Of a stretch of DNA of 64,000 nucleotides, positions 27,450 to 36,289 are shown piece after piece (within the stretch, counting starts at the first letter, position 1; each line of letters opens with the position of its first letter). The stretch is from Raillietiella orientalis (taxonomy: Eukaryota), in contig JAYWIR010000018.1 in NCBI GenBank assembly GCA_036172245.1, forward strand, positions 3,224,001 to 3,288,000, read 5' to 3'. A program made the translations under genes and the position numbers. The notes beneath the pieces were generated by a model. The model had not been told where the DNA came from and made no database searches. It saw nothing but the letters and a program-made list of their open reading frames with translations.

Positions 27450-28355
27450 AAGAAGGTGTTCTCACGTACAGCGGAAGCGAACCGATCTGCACACATGAGA
27501 GGGGCACGAGAGAGGCGCTTGCGACACGATGCAAGATTTGGAACCGAAGGGACAAAAAGATGACGTCGAGTTTCCCGATGCGCTCCTGGATAGTTTCCCA
27601 CGGCTGGATGAATGGATTCTCGAGATCATCTGGAACTTTCTAGTCCAATGAAAAGCTCGGAACATCATACGTTCAAGCAGAAGACTCCAATTAAAGGCAT
27701 TCGAGATGGAGAACTTCAGCTGTGTTCGTGCATTATTTTCTTCATCTGATATGGTAGAATAAACAGAAGCCTGTCTGCCATGCGTCGTCTTCTTCTTGGG
27801 CTGCAGTTGTCATGCGTCCAAGACGCAGACTCCAGGAAAACGTCAGGCAATCTTGTCGCCGCAATGCGTAGCGTGCTATCGGTCCCAGAGTTGAGATACG
27901 GCCAGTCCCGATCTCTTGGGTTTCAGGTTCACAAAAGCCAATTTTTCCTTTTCCTTCCTTTATGCTGTACGAAGGACTCGTTGAGTTCTCCCGTCCAACT
28001 ACCTTAACCGAGATGCCAGCACTGGGCACATGCTCATAGGAAAATGAAGGGGAGATAGAAAAGTCAAGTTTTTTTTGATACAGAGCAGTTGCCATCACCT
28101 AGCAGAACCATTGCTGAGGGGAAGCGAAAAGACTACAATGAGAAAGGCACCTTGCCTCCTCCCCACGATGCATTTTGCAGCAGCTGGAGCAGCGGGTTCG
28201 CTACCGATTGAAGTCATACAGCTGATCCATTTGCTTCTGACTAGAAAAGAGTTCGAGCCACTGTACTTCCGGTGCTCATTGCACGGATGCCTTTTCTCTC
28301 CATTGCGAATGCTTGGACAGTTCAGGAAGACGCGTTCCGCCCCATCTGAAGTATT
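27450..28355 (-). mobile_element. Possible RTE-like LINE endonuclease remnant
   Basis: TSDGAERVFLNC (NxNGxRLxxFC-like) and FLVRSKWISC (IDxxLVxxRW-like); heavily decayed. Confidence 0.3.
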
Positions 28356-28358
28356 TCG

Positions 28359-28918
28359 TTTTTCACCCGGTTGTCCCTTGGCATTTATTATCAAGAATAA
28401 TGAGAATACATTTATGTGGTAAGACACTGCGTTCTACGACGTGCTTTGAGCCTGCCGAAGACCGGTACACAGACAAGCGAGGTCCGCATCGGCAGCGAAA
28501 GAAAAGGGAAAACCGAAAACAAAACTAAACAAAAAAAAAGAAAAAAGAAAGGTTTCATTTGGGAAAGGGAAAATGAAGGAGTCGAAAAGGAGGAAACAGA
28601 GGAAGAGACCACTGCTTGCTTTAAGGAGTCATCTGAATCCTGTGCAGGATGCTGACAAGTTCGGTCCGCATGTTGCCCAGGTGAGACCATCTCTTGGCGA
28701 TCTCCAAGAAGATCCACTGCCAGTGGATGGCCTCTTTTTCATTTTGTCCTCTTCTTCCTGCGTACCAGGCCATCCCTATCCCGAGAAGATTGCAGAGAAT
28801 TTCAAGGGACGCGGCTGGCGGCAGTGCGGCACGCCCGAAGAGGTGTCTGAAAATGTTCCTGGGGTCGCACACCGGGATGCCTAGGGTCCTCGCAAGGCGA
28901 TCTCAAAGGGATCGGAGG
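28359..28918 (-). mobile_element. 3' part of the L1/Tx1-like copy that is interleaved with the virus
   Basis: RSL*DRLARTLGIPVCDPRNIFRHLF...EAIHW..; terminal motif AATAAATGCCAAGGGACAACCGGGTGAAAA at 28359-28389. Confidence 0.85.
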
Positions 28919-29362
28919 AATCAGGATTTCGGAATGAAGGTGTCATATAGAAACATGTTGATGTTTCAATCGGCGAGTTTACCTGAGCATTTTGGAGATA
29001 TGTTCAATTTAAATTACGGAAGTGTATCGAATCGTATAAGCGGTTTTGAGGAAACTCCTGGTTGTTGGACTCGGTATTTTGGTGTTCGTGGTATTCGTTG
29101 GTACAGTCGTGGATTTGTTGTGGATAAGAGGACACGAGGAACTGTAAATGTGGAGTCTATGAGTCGTTGTCCTTGGGTGGATGCTGGTGAGGGTGCGACT
29201 TTGGACTATGAAAGTCGTATCCAAGTTCGTTGTGGGCGTTTCCACATAATGAAGCATATGTCTGGTGTTGATATACCAGATGCTTTGAAAGCAGACTGTA
29301 GCCGTGGTGTGTGTCCAAAAAATGGTCGAATGTTAAGTGGATATACCCAATATTTTGTGTAA
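28919..29362 (+). pseudogene. cap: Endogenous CRESS DNA virus capsid protein, C-terminal 147 codons
   Basis: Open frame NQDFGMKVSY...WTRYFGVRG...SRCPWVDAGEG...TQYFV*. The RYF and PWxD motifs recall circo/cyclovirus-like capsids. It converges on the Rep 3' end, is followed by AATAAA, and is GT-skewed unlike its flanks. Confidence 0.7.
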
Positions 29363-29417
29363 CGCACAAATACTATGTTATGTTTAGAACACCCAGAGAT
29401 GTTGGGTTGTACACATA

Positions 29418-29438
29418 AATAAAGTTAATTCTTTTATT
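29418..29438. terminator. Convergent poly(A) signals of the viral 3' intergenic region
   Basis: AATAAA on + at 29418-29423, after the cap stop, and AATAAA on - at 29433-29438, after the rep stop at 29488. Confidence 0.7.
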
Positions 29439-29487
29439 GAGAAGCTGGGGAGGAGGAGGGAGACAAAGCTGACAAGGAGGAGTCAGG

Positions 29488-29738
29488 TCAGTCGCGGGCT
29501 TGCGCTGTACTAGGGCTTGAAGTGCAAGTCCAAGGGAGAATGGCTCCTTCTTCATTCATCATCCAATCAGTGAGACGATTTGCATCATGACTGGAAATAT
29601 TCCTGACAATCCATCTATCTGATGACATTTTTTCGTAGTTTGGCTCCCAATCAGCAAATACAATTATATGAGGGGGTTGAAAATACTTGATTGACCCTGA
29701 TATTTCGAGTGCAAGATAATTCCATTTTTGAGGCTTTC
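29488..29738 (-). pseudogene. rep: Endogenous CRESS virus Rep, C-terminal SF3 helicase part
   Basis: ESLKNGIILHSKYQGQSSIFNP/HIIVFADWEPNYEKMSSDRWIVRNI...ARD*: motif B', motif C (VFAN-type) and Arg finger (DRW); one frameshift near 29670. Confidence 0.9.
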
Positions 29739-30220
29739 ACAGTCTAGAAGCATGTGCGGGAGAATCTCCCTGATCCCGCACCTGTCGCTCCGCGCACCTA
29801 CACGCCCCCAGGTCCGATGATGAAGGCGCTCTTTGCCTGGGAGAATCCCATGCGCTATCAACAACGGCCACTTCTGTCTCTTGAGGGGAAAGATGCCACT
29901 GTCCAGCACTCTAAAGACCATTTCACGCCTTCCAGAAGGGTTGTAAGCAGATCCCCCAGTCCAGGTGTTCTGCTCCACCAAAGCAATCATCTTACAAAGT
30001 GAGGTATTTCGTTGGGAATCCAGGAAGTTTATCGCATCAATCGAACTTCATAGATTGCCCCTTGCACTTCCGCTCTCACTCTTTGCACCCTCAAAAGCGG
30101 ACATCCTGTGCAACATCAAGTCAAGACAACTTTTTGACAGAAAGCTTCCCTACTAGCAGGAGTTATGCACGGTGACTATTCATGGTTCATCTTCTTACAT
30201 GAGGACCAGAGGACCACTCC
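29730..30220 (-). mobile_element. L1/Tx1-like segment lying between the two viral pieces
   Basis: FPLKRQKWPLLIAHGILPGKERLHHRTW...DRCGIREILPHMLLDCESL is the family's C-terminal Cys/His region and joins in frame to 28914 when the viral piece is removed. Confidence 0.85.
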
Positions 30221-30947
30221 TCTATGATGATTATCTTTTGGCCTGCATACATGTAGGAAGCATCTGCTTTTTTGCAGTTATTGAGGTATAGGGTGTCGTA
30301 TTTTAGGCAAATGTCTTTTGCGATGGTTGTTTTTCCGGAGTTTCCTTGGTAATCTGTATACCAATGGATGCATCTGTCGTTTGCATCTTTGGATATTATT
30401 CCTAATAAGTTTTTTTGCCATAATTGAAGTAGTTTTCCTTCCATAGCGTCTGTTTGGAAATATTTTGTAAATCGGATGCTGTCAGTTATGAATAGTCTAT
30501 GTTTATCGTATATTTCGGGTTTTTCTCGCCACATCCATCTTTCTGTTTTTCCTTCTAGTATCCACTGTTGTATCTGGAAGAATTTTTTGTGGTATATGTA
30601 TTTAATTTTAATTTACCTGTTTATGAACTGATTGTTTTGATTCTATTTAGAGTGCTCCATATGTCCATGGGTTTTGGTCTTCTCTTTCACAGTATTGCTC
30701 GGGTGTTCCTCTGCTTGGTTCTGGGTGTGCTCTCTTGAATTCTTGTAATTTTTTAAAGTTTTGGTATGGTTGTAGCTTCGTTAAGCTGGAAGTATCCCTG
30801 TATGTGTTTCGTTCCTTGGATTCCTATTTCTTTAACTAATATAGCATATGAACATTTATCTTGTAGCCACTTTTCGATGTTTTCTTCTTCACATGTTGTG
30901 TAGTTATTCACTGTTAAGCACCAGTTGTTTGTCACAGCATAAGGCAT
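30221..30947 (-). pseudogene. rep: Endogenous CRESS virus Rep, HUH endonuclease plus Walker A/B
   Basis: Motif I WCLTVNN, motif II KHIQGY, motif III region AHPEPSRGTPEQYCERE, Walker A RCIHWYTDYQGNSGKT, Walker B start QKIIII. At least two frameshifts and in-frame stops at 30.6-30.75 kb. Confidence 0.95.
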
Positions 30948-30980
30948 CTTGTTTTGGGTGGGTGGGTTTGAATCTTCTTC

Positions 30981-30987
30981 TTATATA
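30981..30987 (-). promoter_or_regulatory. TATA box upstream of viral rep
   Basis: TATATAA on the minus strand, about 34 nt upstream of the rep ATG at 30947. Confidence 0.6.
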
Positions 30988-30998
30988 GTGCTTATCTG

Positions 30999-31028
30999 GG
31001 TCAAGAGGATTGTATTACCCTCTTGACC
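30999..31028 (+). other. CRESS virus origin of rolling-circle replication (stem-loop)
   Basis: Perfect 10-bp stem GGTCAAGAGG/CCTCTTGACC with loop ATTGTATTAC. The nonamer TTGTATTAC (31010-31018) differs by one base from TAGTATTAC and lies between the divergent rep and cap starts. Confidence 0.93.
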
Positions 31029-31034
31029 TTGAGC

Positions 31035-31175
31035 ATGTTAGGACGTGGTGCGAATCGTGTTAGCAAGATAAGGAGGCGCCGAGCTATCGCTCGGCGTCGC
31101 AGGATTAATTTTTTGAGACGTCGTACTTATATTCGTTATCGCAATTATTCGAAGTATAGTTGGTCTGGTCTGTAG
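31035..31175 (+). pseudogene. cap: Endogenous CRESS virus capsid, Arg-rich N-terminus (truncated; not in the ORF track)
   Basis: MLGRGANRVSKIRRRRAIARRRRINFLRRRTYIRYRNYSKYSWSGL*, starting 6 nt after the origin stem. Confidence 0.85.
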
Positions 31176-31400
31176 TCTCAGTGAGACACACTGAAACCTC
31201 ATAGCGAGCAGGTGGAAACCTATTGCAAACTGGCCTTTTGGGCCGTGTAAAGACTTCCCTGGCAACGCGGCACTCGCGACCCGCAGTTTGCCGTTCCTGC
31301 TCCAAAGATTGCAAACTGGCCGCACCCTTAGAATTCTGTCCATGCTGCCCTGTTCTGACGCAGAGACGCTTTGGAGTGCATTTCCTTAGATTCAAATGCT
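31165..31400 (-). mobile_element. Possible RTE-like endonuclease N-terminal remnant
   Basis: RVAREV...ARYEVSVCLTET resembles ARELxRYxIDIAALSET. Confidence 0.35.
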
Positions 31401-34299
31401 AGTCATTGCCTTTGAAAAGCGAAATGAAAGGATAGAGGCGGCAGCTTGCCATCTCCAGAGGTCGCTCATGTTTCCCAGCAGGCGACTTGGAAGTCGTTTC
31501 TGACTCAACAGATGATTTCTCCTTACGGACGTGATATCATTATGCCTTTCTAAGTAGATCCGCATTCCACTCTATTCTACTCATGAACATAAACAGCCGA
31601 CCATTTGCCCATTTTGACCACTCGTGCGGCTGACGATCGTCAAGGAGACAGCTGAGGAAGATCTCCTCTCTCTTTGTCTTTTCTTTTGTTCTCTTTTCTG
31701 ACATGAGCTGTACATTTTGTCGTTCTAACAGCCACTAATCGGAGCATCCTTCTGCATCCTCCTGGAAGTGGATGTACATAGTGATACTGGTCAGGCTGCA
31801 TAGATTTCTCGCAACCATTTTCATAAAAGTTCAGGATTGCGCTATATGAGATAGTTCTCAGAATGCTGCGTTCTCATTCCCGTGGAGCTATTAACAGTAA
31901 GTGCAGAAGGACATTAAAAGAATACAAACATCGGTCTCGGATCGATGGAATGTGGCACACGTGAAAGAAGAAATTGCGCTAGCAGAGAAGGAAGAAGGAA
32001 GAGGGGGATTAAACGAATTGCTTTGTCTTCCCCTTATCAACATGTCTCATTGAACCTCACTCTTTAACCATCCCTGCTCGAAAACCAAAACTTGGAAACT
32101 CTCTGAGCACCGAGTTAATTGCTTCATCCTTTCGTCACGACCTTTTTGCGGCCAAGAAATTTTGCTTGTAATCTGGAAGGGCTTCAAGTTGATGGTCGCT
32201 CTGTACATAATGCAATGGCCTTCGGTCGGGTAAATGGTGACCTGCTAAAATGACGTGAGAGATGAGGATGCATCGTGTAAGCACCACGCATCTTCTAGTT
32301 GATTAGGTGATCCAAGTAAATCATGCTGGAGATCTTGCAATTGAATTGCATATCTCCACACAAGATCCATGCAAAGAAGCTGCTGCATCGATCTTCGTGC
32401 TGAAAACGCGCATGTCATTAAAAATCCTTCTTTAGAATATTGTGTGGTCTCTATCCTTCGAAAACGGAGATTTGTTGCCATGGATATTCTGCCTTTGTGA
32501 TGTATTCATCAACAGCAAATGCAACGTGCAAACAGAATAACGATTTTCGCGGACGCGTGTTGACTGCGTGTCAGCCTTCGACCTTGTGCGCGGCATTGAG
32601 CAAATCTGAGCACACTTCCAGCAAAAACACATCACCAGCACATGTTTGCAGCTGCGACAGTCATGAACTAGGAACGGAAACCAGAAAAGGAACCATTCCC
32701 TGGAGGCAACACCATTTCCTATTTCGATCGTACCGCGCCGAGGCTACGTGGTATCGAACTCAGACCGAGTTCCTACTATAGTGAACAGACAACGCCAACC
32801 CATCCTTCATTCCCACTTGCCACCTTCCAGGAATACAAGCGAGCGTCACCGTCTCCGCGTGCCTCGCATTCTGCCGTCCGCATCACTAACACTATCATTC
32901 CCAAGACGAACGCAACCATGGAACATCGCTCGGCCACACAGTGCTCTCTTATCGCATGGACAGGAGCTCACTGAGTGAGTAGTGGGGACTGCAGCCGAAT
33001 CCGATACTGTGCACGCAGATATTCCACGGGCAGTAAGCAATTGTTGTGAGCCACAGTGGCCACAACTCTTACCACTCCCGTCGCAACCCTCTGAGGATCA
33101 ACTTGCTCCAGATCCACACATTCAAGGTCGTCCGTGGGAACGACGGCAGAGCAATAGGCTGGTCGAAGGATGCAGCCAGAAGGAAGACAAATTGCGGATC
33201 TTTCTCGGCGACCTCAGCCACCAGGACTCAGTCCACGCCTCTCGTATGTCCGAGCACCCACGCAGCGTACTCAACGGACCGCAGTCACGGCCAGCCACAC
33301 GCCACTCGACCCTTTCACCACAACCACCGTGGAACAACGCCCTCCTCCTCCTGTCTTCCCCCTTCCATTTCACGTCGACACGGGACTGCGGTTCCTGAGA
33401 GTGATCCATCCTGTCTCGATATACTCTCCCGGGAAACTGGACGTACGAGTGCGCGCGCTTCCCTTCCCGACGCGCTCTGCTCCTTTCCCGGGAATTTTAA
33501 GCTTCCTCAACTTGCCGTTATCCGTTGGATACCGGGAGATGCTGCAACGAACGCTATTCGGGAGCACGGTTGCTTCACCCTCCACAGGCGCGCGCGTGGC
33601 GGCGCAGCGCGAGCCAGACGCTTCCTTCCGCCGGGCCGCTTCCTGCACTGTTTCCAAGCATCCGGAAGGGAAGAGTGCGGCAGCCTGCGCTGGCAGCCGT
33701 ATGGGCGTGGCACCCGCCAGTGTCGTGAAGCCCGTGGACACCGCAAGAAAAGCATCGACGTCGAGCTGGCTGCGCCGTGGAATTCCAAGTCCGCTTGCCT
33801 GCGGCGCTGACGCTAAGGGCGGCTCTGGAATCGGCCACGGCGAGGCCGCCACGCGCGCGCCTGTGGAGGCCGGCGGCCCCTAATCAGGAGTGGACCGTTC
33901 GCGGCTGGATCTACAGGGCAGCAGGGTGAGTCCTCTCCCTGCTTCGCTGGCACCTCGCAGGAAGAGAGCCAAGTGGTCCCCGATGATGTGGCGTGGTCGA
34001 ACCTCTGCGATGCCTCCCCCACTCCCTTGTGGAAGGAGGGTGCAGCCACGGTTCTCGAGCAATTTTAGAACCAAGGAAGGAAGAGCAAAAAGAGGAAAGC
34101 TAGAAGGGAGCGAAAAGCAGCGCAGGTAAAGAAGGACCCCATCAAACACACTGGTGGTTTCAATGATTGGCCTGTCTCCGGGTCCAAATCCCCTCGCAGG
34201 TTTGATGGAATGGAGAGGCAGAAACTCCCAGTGTTTCAAAGCAGCCTTATCTTTATACGAGGTTGCCGCGCCTTTCCGCTTTGTCTGCTGGTGCAGCTA

Positions 34300-35400
34300 C
34301 TGAACCCAGAGATTCTTTTTTTCTTCGACACCACCAGGAGACAAGGATCGTGCCCAGTGGGACGACGCCTTCACAACTGAGAGGTAAGATCGCGCTGCAG
34401 CGGCTCGAGTGAGTCCACTCGTGCCCGAGGTGTTCGCCATGAGGAGCAGAAGATGCCCCAGGACTTGAAGCTGAGATGCAGCGCGAGGTTCATCCTCGAT
34501 CCAGAAGCTCCGCCGCATAGAAAACTCATGTTAAATATGCGTGCGGTCTGGAATGACCTTCCTCCTCCTGCATGTTTGAAGCGCTCAGCCTCCCTCCGGC
34601 ATCCGTCCTGCCATAGGCTTCCCTTCTCTCTAACCATGCACTCCTGACAACCGCCGGTGGGTCCGTCCCCCAATCCGTAGGCCTTGGTGGTCCGTTGGTG
34701 GCTCCTGTAGGCGCCTCTCCGGCACCCAAAGCAGCTTGCTTCGGGTCGGACCATCGACCCAAAAAAGTCAGCAGCGTGAAAAAGCAACTGCCTGCAAGGA
34801 ATTTGCCGTCCTCGCCGGAAGGATCGCTGCCCGCTGATCAGCAGCCCTGCTGATCCGTTCGCGCGTGCGCTTTTCTAGCCGCCCTGTCTGTCGGGTTGAC
34901 CTATTTTCTGGAGTGCTGCTTAATGAGCCGCCCCGGGCAATGTCTTTTCCGCTTTGCCGAATATTCCTAACAGCCGGTAGCCCACTGAGGCAGGAAAGAC
35001 GCAGTCCGATTCCTCCCATGGGAGCAGCGACCTAAGTGCATCATGGTGACTGCCTCGGCCGGGAAGGGACGTTCGGTCGACTCCGGTAAGAACAGACCAG
35101 GGGCCGTTTCTTCCGTCACCCCTTGCGCTTCGCTGGAGTCCGCCACGGAGAAGTCGCCTCAGTCGATCCCGGAGGTGGTTCTCCAGACTCGTCTTGCCTC
35201 CTGGCTCTAAGTTGCCATGGTGGCGCGCCTTTCTTGTCTCGGCTTTTTGGCGCGAGCCCTGGTAGAGGTCACAAGGGGCTCATCCCCTTACAATCATCCA
35301 GTATCTAATAGATTTTCATCCCGCAATCACAGAACTCTTCCTGGTCACGAGAGCTCAACTCCGCAGCCACCTTTCAACAAGGTGGGAAACGTTGAAGAGA
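34300..35400 (-). mobile_element. Degenerate L1/Tx1-like ORF2 fragments
   Basis: PEGG*AL (GGLxL-like) region similar to 17.4-17.6 kb; otherwise decayed. Confidence 0.4.
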
Positions 35401-36289
35401 TGCTGAGCGGCTTTCCATGAGCGCTCCCACGCACACCGAGGTCCGCCGGCATCGACGAATGCGAGGTTCGGGAAACACCAGGTCAGAAACTGTGCGACTC
35501 TTCTCGGCACCCATGACCGGGTGGTCTCTTGAATACGCTGGTCGCTTCTTTCTCTGGCCCTCTCGCAAAACACGCAGACCAGAAGGTACCACCTCCCCTT
35601 GAGTAGCGATTTAAGGAAAACCACCAACCACTCTCACTCAACCACTAAACACTAGACATCGCCACAACCACTACCTCCGTGCCTCACGATTAAGCTAACG
35701 ACAAACATCTCGTGGTATTTGCCGCCCATACCACCGTGACATCCGAAGCTGACCTGTTCCTACGTGCCTCCACCTATGTTTTCACCCAACATAGAATGCG
35801 CCCCCCGAATTCGTGGGTTCACTCTAGGAACGTTCCTACCCTCAGGCAGGGGAAGCAGAATCAGACCCACCTTCCATGCCACGCAATCAGTGCAGAGGTC
35901 GCGGCCATTGAGCATAATTCTCGAGGCGATCAGTAAGCTAGAAGGTCTCACTTCATTCTTCCTCCACGGAGGAACAGGGCGCTGGGCACATTGATCCACG
36001 TAACGAACACCAATACTACCATGAATCGCCCCAACCTCAACCCGAGAGCACACCCCTGGAAGGAGAAAGAAGGGAGCGGAAAAAGTGCGGGTCCTGACCC
36101 TTGCCATCGCTTTTGTCACAGTTCTATCCACCCCTCGGAACAGAAGCGGAAGCGGACAGTCGGCAAGGAGGGGGACCTTGTAGCAGGAAAGAAGAAACTA
36201 GCAGGTCGTCGCTAGAGAGGCAGGTGGAAGCGACGCAGCGTCAACTGGTATCCTCGATGAAGGGTTGCTCCATTCAGCAGAACGCCTGA

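Noticed and set aside
28694..28918. N-terminal 75 codons of the 222-aa ORF as part of the capsid
   Set aside because: This is antisense LINE sequence; the true capsid start is the Arg-rich ORF at 31035.
28348..31157. GAAGTAT at 28348-28354 and 31151-31157 as TSD of the LINE-virus unit
   Set aside because: Only 7 bp, not flush with the LINE 3' end, and it lies inside the capsid-like frame; compatible with chance.
32440..33400. Possible Jockey/I-type ORF1 zinc knuckles and endonuclease traces
   Set aside because: Key Cys/His and GDFN residues are missing; the resemblance is too weak to list as a feature.
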